Notes under the pieces: model-generated
Database searches by the model: none
The model's input: the letters and a program-made list of their open reading frames with translations, nothing else
Told to the model about the DNA's origin: nothing
From: Oligoflexales bacterium
Lineage (GTDB): Bacteria > Bdellovibrionota_B > Oligoflexia > Oligoflexales > Bog-1112
Assembly (NCBI GenBank): GCA_013215275.1
Contig: JABSRF010000004.1
Span: 1-52,994 of the forward strand
DNA: 52,994 bases
Direction of reading: 5' to 3'
Part shown: piece by piece, positions 34,827 to 44,534 of the stretch
Numbering within the stretch: the stretch's first letter is position 1
Layout of the letters: each line of letters starts with the position of its first letter
Translations under genes and position numbers: made by a program

Positions 34827-37586
34827 TTAGCTAGATATGGGGATTAGTTTGAGGCATTCAGCTTCAATTGTGCGGAATTTGCCATCGAGGACAATGACTT
34901 TCAGGTTGGGGTTGGACTTTAATTGCTTGCTGATACCAACGATAGCATCACGCTCAATCTTATCTTTGTGCTGGAAAATGTTATTTATAACTTCAACTTG
35001 AGTACCTGCAGGGAACACATCGGTGCCATATTGAGCTTCATCCTTAAGCGACCAAACTTTTGGCGGCTCACATTCTTCACGGTTTAAGATTAAATCAACT
35101 GGAATATACACGCTCTTGTCCAGTATTCCTGAGATCCTAATGGATTGCCGCTTTAAGGCCCCTTTGAGTCTTCCAAGGGAGTGATTCCAGTTTTTCCAAT
35201 GGGATTTTTCAAAAATTTTTGCAAGCTCCACATGCTTGCTGAATACAGCTAGGTACTCCTTCCCTTCTTTTTGATGGACCTTCATACCATACTTCTCCAG
35301 CTCCTTTTTGTGTGGTCCTTGCAGGATATTGACAATTGTATCCTCAAGGTGGCTAACTTGATCGCCAAAATCGCGTGTGTACCTTATCTTAGTGGTTAAT
35401 AGATGGTTTAAACATAATTCTTCATCCCGCTCAGTCTTGGAGAGATCCTTATCTGTAAGGCATTTCATCATCAAACATAGGTTTCTGGCAGCATCTTCCG
35501 TTGGAGGTTGATCCGATGTAAGACTAAAGTAGCTAGCTAATAACATTCCGGTTTGGTCTGCATAGCGTGAGGTATGCCCCATCTGTAAGATAACTTTCTT
35601 AAAGACTCTGTATCCCTCATTAATATTGTCAATTTGCTGGATAGCTCTTGCAAAAAGCCTAAGACCAAACTCGGGAGTGATTTTTTCGCAGGCAGCTAAA
35701 AGGTTAGCTTCATGAATTGGATCTGAGTTGTGACGTGCAAGTTCAAGTATGGAAAAGCGGCCCTTATCCTGAGCGCTTTTGAGGTGAACCTTGATCGAGC
35801 ATACTAAAGCAGTGACTTGGGGATCATAGTTTAATGCTGTACCACTTGTGGTTCCTTTATACATACGGGCGCTTGTAGGGCTCCATGATTGCCTCAGAAA
35901 CTCTATAATGCCTTGCTGGATATAGTTGTTAGATTCCGTCTCAAATTCATCGTATATGACCGGCAAAGAGTCACCTTGTAGGGTTTGCCTGATACCAGCA
36001 GCAGTGGTATCTTGTCCTGCTTTCATGAACCCATCTTCACCACCTAATGCGGGGGTCAATACATCGTTAAACAAAAGCGATTTTCCACACCCCTCACTGG
36101 CTGTAACCCATAGCCTGGGTCTTATAGGTAGCGCTCCTGATACTCTTGCAGTTGCAACCCATCCTAAGAACAAGGGGATTGAGTCGTAACACTCCCAAGA
36201 AAAGTGTTTGATAGCCATGATGAGAAGCTTGCATTCCTCCACTGTTAACGGTGTTGGTGGCTCTGGAAACGAAAACTGTGAAGCTGTGTAGGTGTAAGTT
36301 GAGTGGATGTCTGACATATCCTTCATGGTCCCATCCACTATGAGTTTTGAGCCTGTGTTCACTACCGTTGCTTTTTTATCCTTCCAGACACCAACACCTC
36401 TGACTTTGTGGGGTGAAAAGATCCCAGCATCCATAGACTCAGAAATGATCTGTGCTTTTGCTTGGTCCCAATAGACGCCACCGTCTGGTTTAGGGAACAT
36501 GACTTCTAGCTCATCAAGGGGAAAGGGTATTAATTCACATACGTTGCTGTTACTTACAGAGCGAGTTTTTTGTATTGTGTGATTCTTATAGCTATAGAAA
36601 TAATGGTAAGGACCATTTTGCCCAAGAGCCCTGTATGTGATTTTCTCGCCATCTTCTAAGCAAAGCTGGTCCTTTACCTCATCGAGCCCTTCTCTAACAT
36701 GAAGGTCGTTAAAATCGGTGGTAGCTTTTCCATCGTATTCCATAAATACGGGAAAAACCGGCTTGTTCATAAAGAGCTTAGATGCTTTTATAGCCTCGGT
36801 TTTGCCTGGGTTTCCTTCTGTAGCATGGTCATCATCACCAGCGACAACGAAGTTGACCTTGGGATACTCTTTCTTAAGAAGCTTTGAGACTTCCACAAGG
36901 TTATGTTTGGTGAAGGTCGCAACCACCACATTGCCTGTAGCTAGTCTAAGGCTTGCGCCCGTAGCCCATCCTTCGCAAATATAAACAACCTTTGATGGGT
37001 TAGTTAAATGACCGAATGTGTATATGCTACCAGTAAGCACAGTACCTAGGATCTGGTACTTACCGCCATCGGCAGAGATCCTTTGGCCACCCATGATTGA
37101 GCCTTTTATGGATCGGAACGGGATAAATAGCTTGTCACCGTCCATACAAAGGTCGAACGGCTCGATTAACTTTCGCTTTAAATAAGGATGGTCAGCGTTA
37201 GCCTTAGTCCCACGATCCAAGATCTTTTTAGCAGTCATCCTTGCTTCTTCGTTCAGCTTTTTCTTAGATTCATCGGCAACTTTCTTCGCTTTTTTCTGAG
37301 CGAACTTAATGTCTTCTTTCTCATTCCGGGAAAGCTTAACCTCTGGAGTAAAGGTATACTTTTCTTCATCACTGCTAGCCCAATCACCGAAGGTAACACA
37401 AAGGTATAACAAGCCTTTGGAGGTGGTTAGGTAGCTACCAATATACCAAGCTGAATTTCTGGACAAACCCTCACAACGTCTCAATTTTCCGTCCAAAATT
37501 GGATCATAGATGCTTACATCCCTAGAGGCTGCAAAGCGGATAAACTCTTCACGGAGGTCGTATTCGGTTCTCATATCTTCGCTCAT
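34827..37586 (-). CDS. TOPRIM primase - helicase fusion (TraC/P4 alpha-like)
   Basis: HPYL.RK, ICEGWATG, AGDDD, DFNDL primase motifs; GCGKS Walker A and IYDEFE Walker B. Confidence 0.92.
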   Translation of the reverse strand: MSEDMRTEYDLREEFIRFAASRDVSIYDPILDGKLRRCEGLSRNSAWYIGSYLTTSKGLLYLCVTFGDWASSDEEKYTFTPEVKLSRNEKEDIKFAQKKAKKVADESKKKLNEEARMTAKKILDRGTKANADHPYLKRKLIEPFDLCMDGDKLFIPFRSIKGSIMGGQRISADGGKYQILGTVLTGSIYTFGHLTNPSKVVYICEGWATGASLRLATGNVVVATFTKHNLVEVSKLLKKEYPKVNFVVAGDDDHATEGNPGKTEAIKASKLFMNKPVFPVFMEYDGKATTDFNDLHVREGLDEVKDQLCLEDGEKITYRALGQNGPYHYFYSYKNHTIQKTRSVSNSNVCELIPFPLDELEVMFPKPDGGVYWDQAKAQIISESMDAGIFSPHKVRGVGVWKDKKATVVNTGSKLIVDGTMKDMSDIHSTYTYTASQFSFPEPPTPLTVEECKLLIMAIKHFSWECYDSIPLFLGWVATARVSGALPIRPRLWVTASEGCGKSLLFNDVLTPALGGEDGFMKAGQDTTAAGIRQTLQGDSLPVIYDEFETESNNYIQQGIIEFLRQSWSPTSARMYKGTTSGTALNYDPQVTALVCSIKVHLKSAQDKGRFSILELARHNSDPIHEANLLAACEKITPEFGLRLFARAIQQIDNINEGYRVFKKVILQMGHTSRYADQTGMLLASYFSLTSDQPPTEDAARNLCLMMKCLTDKDLSKTERDEELCLNHLLTTKIRYTRDFGDQVSHLEDTIVNILQGPHKKELEKYGMKVHQKEGKEYLAVFSKHVELAKIFEKSHWKNWNHSLGRLKGALKRQSIRISGILDKSVYIPVDLILNREECEPPKVWSLKDEAQYGTDVFPAGTQVEVINNIFQHKDKIERDAIVGISKQLKSNPNLKVIVLDGKFRTIEAECLKLIPISS

Positions 37587-39094
37587 AGTGGACTTACCTC
37601 CGGTGCATAAATCTCATAAATATTGGATAGGTTTTTGTACGGGCAATAACGCTTGGCAATGGACTTGCCATACTCTTCTTCAAGTTTCCTAAAGACGAAT
37701 CCGGTTTTATAGTTTCTCATTTTGCCGATCTTAGCCCATTTGCGGCATGATGCTAGAACGAGATTGGAATTAATTTCCATCATCTCGGACTCTTCTTTTT
37801 CCTCTTCAGGATCATCCTTTGGTGGAACTGGGTCTGGCTCGGGGAATTCATGACCACAGCCAGGACAAGTGCGATCTCTAGACATACGGAAACAGAGGTT
37901 GCAGGAGGGGCATTCGGTCAAACCAAACTCATCATCCTTTTCCTCTTTAGGGGTGGGTTCGAAGTAAGCCTCTGGTGCGTCTTCCACCAGACCGTGTTCT
38001 TTAAGGCATTGAGCGAAGTCTAACACCTTGCAGTGCTTCTTTTCGTAGCCATCTTTAGAATATGGTCTAGTCCCTCGGCCAACCATTTGATGAAATAAAA
38101 TCAATGATTTAGTAGGCCTACAGAGTAAAATCATTTCAATTGCTGGACGATCGAGGCCGGTGGTGCAGGTATCCACATTAAAGACAACTCGGAGCTCACC
38201 GCTCATAAGGCGGTCGAGGATTTTGTTTCGCTCCTTCATGGACTTGGTGTGATCGATGTAATCTGCAGGGATGTCATTATCGGTGAAAAATGCTGCCATA
38301 GCTTTGGCATGAGCTATAGAAACACAAAAAGCCAGAGCGGGCTTGCCTTCATCATGTTTGTGAAAGTCTTCTAGTATCTCACTAAAAATTTCCTTCTTAT
38401 TTATGGCAAGCTCAACATCCTCGGCAACATAGTCATCACTTTTTTTATCCACCCTCAGCTTTGAGGTATCAATCTTAACCAGCACATAATAGCGAGGATG
38501 GATAAGGAAGCCCAACTGGGCTAGTTGGTCAAACTTGATAGGCCATTCGACGCGATCAAAAACATCATCAAAGCCCCTCTTTAAATAAGGGGTAGCTGTG
38601 AAACCGGCTTTTGGGCAGTCATAGCTATTGTATAGCTCGACGCAATTGTCGCTCATGATCCGATGGATTTCATCCATGATAATGAGATCAGCTTTAGGCT
38701 TATGCTTGCGTCTAACAAGGGTATCTATGGAGCATAATTGGACCTTAGCCTTACGATTTGTCAGCTTATGCTTCGCCTGGATGACTCCAAATTTAATATC
38801 AAACCTTTGCAAGTGCTCCGCAAATTGCTCGATTAGTTGGATACCGTGGATGACAATCATCACACGAAGGCCAAGAACCTCAGCAACAAACTTAACAAGG
38901 TAAGCCATAATGATGGACTTGCCTCCGCCCGTAGCGAGGTGAATAAGGGTGGAGTTCCATTGCCTCAAGAAATTTAGGATGAGCTCCGTTTGGTAAGGTC
39001 GAGGCTTAGCAAAAGGTAGCTCAATAGCTCTGAGTTTATCCCGATTGGGATCTTGCCTAACTAGCTGCATTAATATCCTCCCATCCCAGAGCAA
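37583..39094 (-). CDS. SF2 DEAD/DEAH-box helicase (YejH/RadD-like)
   Basis: RPYQ, ATGGGKS, DEIH, TATP, QMVGRGTR motifs; C-terminal CPSC...CPGC. Confidence 0.94.
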   Translation of the reverse strand: MLWDGRILMQLVRQDPNRDKLRAIELPFAKPRPYQTELILNFLRQWNSTLIHLATGGGKSIIMAYLVKFVAEVLGLRVMIVIHGIQLIEQFAEHLQRFDIKFGVIQAKHKLTNRKAKVQLCSIDTLVRRKHKPKADLIIMDEIHRIMSDNCVELYNSYDCPKAGFTATPYLKRGFDDVFDRVEWPIKFDQLAQLGFLIHPRYYVLVKIDTSKLRVDKKSDDYVAEDVELAINKKEIFSEILEDFHKHDEGKPALAFCVSIAHAKAMAAFFTDNDIPADYIDHTKSMKERNKILDRLMSGELRVVFNVDTCTTGLDRPAIEMILLCRPTKSLILFHQMVGRGTRPYSKDGYEKKHCKVLDFAQCLKEHGLVEDAPEAYFEPTPKEEKDDEFGLTECPSCNLCFRMSRDRTCPGCGHEFPEPDPVPPKDDPEEEKEESEMMEINSNLVLASCRKWAKIGKMRNYKTGFVFRKLEEEYGKSIAKRYCPYKNLSNIYEIYAPEVSPL

Positions 39095-39332
39095 CCAATG
39101 TGCTAATTATTTTTTTCCTGGTTTTAGGTTGAGGGTTCGCTACTAAAGGAAGATCTTTGCGAGTTGAGGCAGGAATCCCAGCTTTTTTACATACCGTATT
39201 GGCATCTTTGCCAACCTGACTTGCTGCAACCTGGAGTTGTTCCCAAAAAGTTACATTTGAAAGCATAAAAGCAATCCTTTCCGTGTGAGGTTCTGCTAAA
39301 AGTGTGGTCCTGCTTTTTATGTAGCCCTGCAA
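39057..39332 (-). CDS. small Cro-like HTH protein
   Basis: VCKKAGIPAST helix-turn-helix-like segment; overlaps the helicase start. Confidence 0.45.
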   Translation of the reverse strand: MQGYIKSRTTLLAEPHTERIAFMLSNVTFWEQLQVAASQVGKDANTVCKKAGIPASTRKDLPLVANPQPKTRKKIISTLVALGWEDINAAS

Positions 39333-39420
39333 GTGTGTGAAACCTGCGGTTATAAGGTAAAGCGGTAGCTAGGCACTGTTTAAACAGGCTCATTTGTGGT
39401 GCTAACGCTTAGGGATTAAA

Positions 39421-39858
39421 CTAGAGTTTCATTAGTTTTCTAGCGGTACTATCAAGATCCCACCTAATATTCATAGGGCCCTGATGAACCTTTCCTTTAA
39501 CTTCAGTGGTCATGAAGTTTACTTTAGATAGCAACTTCCCATCTTTCGTCGGCTCCCACCCCTTGCTGGATTTAGTCTGCAAGCCATGAGCAGCTAGGAG
39601 CTTATTTACATCCCTTGCAGCAAGACTAGATGTTGAATACCCTTTCTGTTGCAAGGTAATACCCAATTGAGTGGGAGTTCCAAATTCTTCTTCTTTTTTA
39701 TTAGTAGTATCGATATTATGTGATGGTTGTACTGAAACGTCTGTGTGACTTTTTATATATGCCATTGCAAGAGCATCGGCTTTGTCCTCAGAGAACCCTA
39801 CTCTTAAAGCGTCACTCTTGATCCCGATTGCTTGTTGAGCTATTGAGCTAAACTTCAT
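39421..39858 (-). CDS. antirepressor C-terminal (KilAC-like) domain protein
   Basis: TPTQLG...A..VNKLL...GLQ.K...WEPT..GK motif; first gene of the leftward early operon. Confidence 0.7.
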   Translation of the reverse strand: MKFSSIAQQAIGIKSDALRVGFSEDKADALAMAYIKSHTDVSVQPSHNIDTTNKKEEEFGTPTQLGITLQQKGYSTSSLAARDVNKLLAAHGLQTKSSKGWEPTKDGKLLSKVNFMTTEVKGKVHQGPMNIRWDLDSTARKLMKL

Positions 39859-40044
39859 TTTTTACCCTCTCGTCCTAAGTCGTTAAAAAAATCCTTTAGA
39901 TCTCGATATGGTAAAAAAATGTATGAAATACTTTCTTGCAAAACAAGTCAAAAAATATACATAAAAATGTGTCAAAGCCTTGGTGAGGGTACTATTTGTA
40001 TAAAACACCCAACTTTCATACAGAAAAAATGAGGGCGTTAAAAA

Positions 40045-40518
40045 ATGAACCAGGAATACAAAAAAATTGTACAAAATCAATTGAGACAATTCTTAAGAGC
40101 CTACCGTCATGCTGAAAACATCAGCGCAGAAGATGCAGCTTGCAAACTTGACCTGGAAATAACTAGTTATCGAAAGCTAGAAGGTCTCAAGCCTGAAAAT
40201 AGAGTAATAAGCAGCATCAGCTACCTAGAAAAGATTGCAAAACTAAGGGCTAAATCTCTCGTTGATTTCATCTCTTTCTTAACCCCTCAAGATTTGGTGA
40301 ATGGTTTAGGTAGAGGCTTATACCTATGGGAAAAAAATATTATTTCTGGCTTTGAAAAAATGAGTGTATCTAAGCGGAATAAATTTCTTAACTATCTCAG
40401 CAAGCTAGAGGAAGATGAGCTAGCTGATTTTTATGACCACTTAGTTGAAATGTCTAAAAAGCGATCTTCAAAAATTTCTTTCACAACTCGCATATTAAGG
40501 GAGCTAAAGGATGACTAG
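40045..40518 (+). CDS. XRE-family HTH regulator in repressor position
   Basis: LR.YR....IS.EDAA.KL......YRKLE HTH; divergent from the early lytic operon. Confidence 0.75.
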   Translation: MNQEYKKIVQNQLRQFLRAYRHAENISAEDAACKLDLEITSYRKLEGLKPENRVISSISYLEKIAKLRAKSLVDFISFLTPQDLVNGLGRGLYLWEKNIISGFEKMSVSKRNKFLNYLSKLEEDELADFYDHLVEMSKKRSSKISFTTRILRELKDD

Positions 40519-40873
40519 AGTATTGGTAATCGAAGATGATCCACATTTTGGTGACACTCTTAAAATGAAATTGGAGATGGATGAAGGTGTAAAGGTTGAC
40601 GTTTACAGAGATTTCGAAACGTTCGCGGAAAAAGTCACATCACCACATCAAGTAAAAGAATACTCATGTGCTCTAGTCGACTACCAATTTGGTCGCTACA
40701 ACGCTTATCATAAAGGGTCAGCAATCTATCTACGAGAAGACCTTCAGTTTAAAGGAAAAATTTACCTGTGGACGCTAGAAAAACTTGAAGATGTAAAAGG
40801 AAAAGAGGACTACGACGCAATACTTCCCAAAAAATTCTATTCATTTTCCGCTCTTGAGAGGTTTGACAGTTAA
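40511..40873 (+). CDS. stand-alone response regulator receiver
   Basis: VLVIEDD, LVD phosphoacceptor, LWT, LPK; overlaps the HTH gene by 8 nt. Confidence 0.85.
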   Translation: MTRVLVIEDDPHFGDTLKMKLEMDEGVKVDVYRDFETFAEKVTSPHQVKEYSCALVDYQFGRYNAYHKGSAIYLREDLQFKGKIYLWTLEKLEDVKGKEDYDAILPKKFYSFSALERFDS

Positions 40874-40875
40874 AA

Positions 40876-42678
40876 ATGAAATTCCTGCTTGTGCTCATTT
40901 TTTTGATTTTCTCTACTAGTAGCTTTGGCGTAACAATCACCCAAAAAACGGAGGATTTAAAGCTATCCGATGATCTTAAGATTCATTTAACCTCGGATAA
41001 ATTAGAAATTGAGGATGTTGTAAAACTAAACCCTGGAGAGTTTTCTAAGTACGCGAGTGGTAAGAGCTTAGGGTTCACCCAAAAAGTTCTCTGGGGTAAA
41101 GTGCCAATTAAAAATCGATCAGGTATCGAAGACTGGTTTGTTTCACTTTATGTCAGCCATATCGGGAGTTTCAGACTATATAAAGTGCAAGGCAAAAACA
41201 TAGAACTTGTCGAGCATGTAGGAAGGGATATTGACGCTCGTACTAGAGCTGTTAATCTAAAATATCCTACTATTCCAGTTGCAATTTCTAAAGACTTTGA
41301 TGGGTACTTTTATATACGAGCGGAGTCCGAAAATAACTTGACCATTGACCTTGATTTAAGGCGGATAAATTCTCTAATCACACATATGCATAAGGACGTA
41401 ATTTTCCAAGGAATCTACTATGGCTTTCTTATTGGTCTAATGCTTTATGTTTTGAGTTTATGGATTTTTGCATCCGAGTCACTTTATGGAAGATATGGTC
41501 TCTATCTTTTCGCAATGGCTTTACTACAACTTGCTGTTACCCATGATGGTTCTACCTATTTATGGCCAGGAAAAATTACTTTTGATAAAACTCTTGAGAC
41601 TTTCTCGGGAGGTTTAATTTTCGTCACCATGGGCAACTTTTTAAGAGAGTTTTTTAAGGACTATTTACAAAAAATGCCCTCAGCTATCCCAACTAATGCA
41701 ATCAAAGCTGGTGGAATTGTTTGTCTGATTTCAATACTCTCATCAAATTATGTACTCAACATTGTTGGAACAATAATATTGGTTGCCTGCTTTTTCCCTG
41801 CAGTAACCTGGTTCCTCTTTAAGGCATGGAGATCAGGTATTAAACCAGCACTTTTTATGTGGATCGGCTGGGGTGCAATGTCTCTTGGAATGTACTACCA
41901 GATAGTCATGAAGTCGGGATTTTTTTCTCTTCCATACATATATAATTTCTTCCAAGTTACTTGCATCATTGATTTCATTTTGTTTACCGCATCTATTTCC
42001 CTAAGGATAAGAGACATAAATATAGAATTAGCAGAAAAAAAAAGCTCTTTGCAGCTATCCAAGGGGTTATCAGCTATAAGCGCCGGGATAGCACACGAAG
42101 CTAAAAAACCATTACAGGCCGTTTCCAACGTGCTAGATGAATTATTAGAAATATCTGATACTTCCAACGCCTACCTCAAAAGATTGTTGGATAGTTCTCG
42201 CAATAAACTAAATCATTCTGGAGCTATTTTTGATGATATTCTAAAAATTGGCAAGCCTGACATGAAATTTCAAGAATTGGAGATAAGAAGACTCATTGAG
42301 GATGCTATCAACCTGTCTAAAATTTCGTACACTCCAAAGCTTGAAATAGAAGATTTTTCTTTAAAATGCGACAAAGAAAAAACGATTCGAGCCTTCACCA
42401 TTTTGATCGATAATGCCTTCGAGCATGGTGCCAAAGATGGTGAACCTGTTTTGATTCGAACTTGTGCCAAGAACAAGAAAACTTTAGAGGTAATCAACTA
42501 TGGTGTTTATCTCGAAAAAGATGAAATAAGAACCATTTTTGAACCCTGGGTAACTAAAGGAGGTAATGGCCTAGGTCTTTACCTCTTTAGCTCAATTGTG
42601 AAATCCCATAATTGGGAAAACCGTTGCCATTCGAGTAAAAAGGACAACTTCGTGGCTATGATTTTGACATTCAATTAA
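40876..42678 (+). CDS. 7TM-DISM sensor histidine kinase
   Basis: Signal peptide; DISMED2-like domain (SLGFT..VLW); 7TM region (GIYYG); H-box AHE.KKPL, N-box DNA, F-box IFEPW.TK, G2 GNGLGL. Confidence 0.9.
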   Translation: MKFLLVLIFLIFSTSSFGVTITQKTEDLKLSDDLKIHLTSDKLEIEDVVKLNPGEFSKYASGKSLGFTQKVLWGKVPIKNRSGIEDWFVSLYVSHIGSFRLYKVQGKNIELVEHVGRDIDARTRAVNLKYPTIPVAISKDFDGYFYIRAESENNLTIDLDLRRINSLITHMHKDVIFQGIYYGFLIGLMLYVLSLWIFASESLYGRYGLYLFAMALLQLAVTHDGSTYLWPGKITFDKTLETFSGGLIFVTMGNFLREFFKDYLQKMPSAIPTNAIKAGGIVCLISILSSNYVLNIVGTIILVACFFPAVTWFLFKAWRSGIKPALFMWIGWGAMSLGMYYQIVMKSGFFSLPYIYNFFQVTCIIDFILFTASISLRIRDINIELAEKKSSLQLSKGLSAISAGIAHEAKKPLQAVSNVLDELLEISDTSNAYLKRLLDSSRNKLNHSGAIFDDILKIGKPDMKFQELEIRRLIEDAINLSKISYTPKLEIEDFSLKCDKEKTIRAFTILIDNAFEHGAKDGEPVLIRTCAKNKKTLEVINYGVYLEKDEIRTIFEPWVTKGGNGLGLYLFSSIVKSHNWENRCHSSKKDNFVAMILTFN

Positions 42679-42697
42679 CGATTTTTAGGATATACAG

Positions 42698-43423
42698 ATG
42701 AAAAATAAAACTTTATTTGCTATCTTCTTTACTTTTGTGTTTATTTTCATTGGGGGCTTTTCTTACATGTTTACGGGACGCACATCGACTAATCAAAAGT
42801 TTGTAATTTTAGATTTTGATGGGGTAATTGCCGATTCCTGGCAAATTGCTTTTGAGACTATGAATTCTTATTCTGAGGAGTTTGGTTTTTTGCCAATGTC
42901 ATTCGACGCGGCATCAGACCTAACAACAAAAGAGATATTTAAGGCTTATAATTTGGGTTTTTTCGCTCAGTTTAGGCTAGCTAGTAAAGTAAAGAGTGCT
43001 TTACATGAGAACATGAATAAGATCGATGTTTTCCCAGAATTTTTAGCTATCTGTAAAAGGCTTTCAGAACAGGGTATAGAGGTTGCCATTATAACATCTA
43101 ACTCCAAAGAGAATGTCGATAAGTTTTTTAGTCATAATAAGATTGATTTTATAAAAATAGTTCATAGTACCACATCAATTTTTGGTAAGGATTCCGCGAT
43201 AAAGTCATTTTTAAAAGAGTATGGAGTAAAAAAAGAGAACGCTATTTATGTTGGTGATGAAGTAAGAGACGTCACAGGCGCAAAGAAAGCTGGCATCCCC
43301 GTGATGGCAGTTACTTGGGGGTTCGATCCCCGCGCGAAGCTATTACAAGAGGGGCCAGATTATTTGGTGCATGATTCAAAACACGCGCAAATGATTTTAG
43401 AAAAATACTTTCAACTGAATTAA
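42698..43423 (+). CDS. HAD-superfamily phosphatase with N-terminal membrane anchor
   Basis: DFDGVIAD (I), TSN (II), GK (III), GDEVRD (IV); hydrophobic N-terminus. Confidence 0.92.
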   Translation: MKNKTLFAIFFTFVFIFIGGFSYMFTGRTSTNQKFVILDFDGVIADSWQIAFETMNSYSEEFGFLPMSFDAASDLTTKEIFKAYNLGFFAQFRLASKVKSALHENMNKIDVFPEFLAICKRLSEQGIEVAIITSNSKENVDKFFSHNKIDFIKIVHSTTSIFGKDSAIKSFLKEYGVKKENAIYVGDEVRDVTGAKKAGIPVMAVTWGFDPRAKLLQEGPDYLVHDSKHAQMILEKYFQLN

Positions 43424-43451
43424 AAATACCGTTTATACTGAGAGGATATTT

Positions 43452-44534
43452 ATGTTTAAAATTTTTATTAAATCGTTCACTGCATTTTTTATTTTCTTCT
43501 GTCTTTATACTTCTGCTGATGCGGTTGAGTTTGAGCAAGCTAATAAGTTCATACAGGAATCAATTGATTCAAGTCATGAATTCGGCATCCAATCTTATGC
43601 ATCAGGTGATATTCTGTTCACTAAGCAAATAGAGCTTTCAAAGCTCAGAAATTTTGTTATCAAAGCTACTGGTAAAGACCTTATCAAGTACGATCTAGGT
43701 CCAGAGTCATTTTCATCTCTGATAGCCCTTCGTGTTTTGCATGATGTAGAGCACAAAGAACTGAATGATAAGCTGATAAAGCTTGGTTATACGCTTGCCA
43801 CGGCTGAATCTTTAGAATTGCCCAACAGAATTCATTTCTTTCACAATAACACCGATTTTGCTGCAGACATTGATGCAACATCAATTACTGCAGTTGCCCT
43901 TTATAAATCAGGTTTGATCTCTGATGATGAACTTATTCAATATGCTAAAGAAGTATTGAAAAGCAGACCAGAGGATGGTGATTATAAAGACCTTCTCCAG
44001 GTTTACTGGGAAGATGGAGCCGAGCCCAACCGAGGAATTAAGTTTGATCCGGTAGTAACGGCTAATGCTCTTTATCTTATCAAAACGGCTCAATCACTGG
44101 GGCTTGGTGTAGACGATCGAGTCATTGAAAAAAATATTAATTTCATAGTGAGCCATCTTCAGAGTGGAGAATACAAAAATGGGACAAGGTATTATCCACT
44201 GCCCGAGATATTTCTATATTTTTCATCACTGCTCTGTGATTTTAAGGAATTTTCAAAAGTCTTAAAACCTATGATTTTTGAAGCTATGTCTAGCTACCTT
44301 ACTTCAGAAGTCAGCCCTTTAGAAGCATCCCTCAGAATTTTAGTAGCTAAACAAGTAGATTTGGACGTTGATCTAAAACCACTTTCCCTGAGCCTACGTT
44401 CTTCTTTAACAAATCAAGGGTGGCAAGCTGGGCCATTTTTTAAGCTTGGTAAGAGTTCCATATTTTTTGGATCAAACACAATTACTTCAATATTTGGCCT
44501 TAAGGCAATTTACCTCTTAGATGAAAGAATTTGA
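43452..44534 (+). CDS. class II terpene cyclase beta-domain protein (HAD-like drimane synthase cyclase type) with signal peptide
   Basis: FF...F.ADIDATS (43866-43883; DxDxT variant of DxDD), L.VYW, DPVV.ANAL, Y.NGTRYY..PE.FLY (44181), W....FF..G....FGS...T pattern. Confidence 0.72.
   Translation: MFKIFIKSFTAFFIFFCLYTSADAVEFEQANKFIQESIDSSHEFGIQSYASGDILFTKQIELSKLRNFVIKATGKDLIKYDLGPESFSSLIALRVLHDVEHKELNDKLIKLGYTLATAESLELPNRIHFFHNNTDFAADIDATSITAVALYKSGLISDDELIQYAKEVLKSRPEDGDYKDLLQVYWEDGAEPNRGIKFDPVVTANALYLIKTAQSLGLGVDDRVIEKNINFIVSHLQSGEYKNGTRYYPLPEIFLYFSSLLCDFKEFSKVLKPMIFEAMSSYLTSEVSPLEASLRILVAKQVDLDVDLKPLSLSLRSSLTNQGWQAGPFFKLGKSSIFFGSNTITSIFGLKAIYLLDERI

Noticed and set aside
39883-40089. 68 aa Phe-rich minus-strand ORF
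   Set aside because: It arises from the A-rich divergent promoter region and overlaps the HTH gene start.
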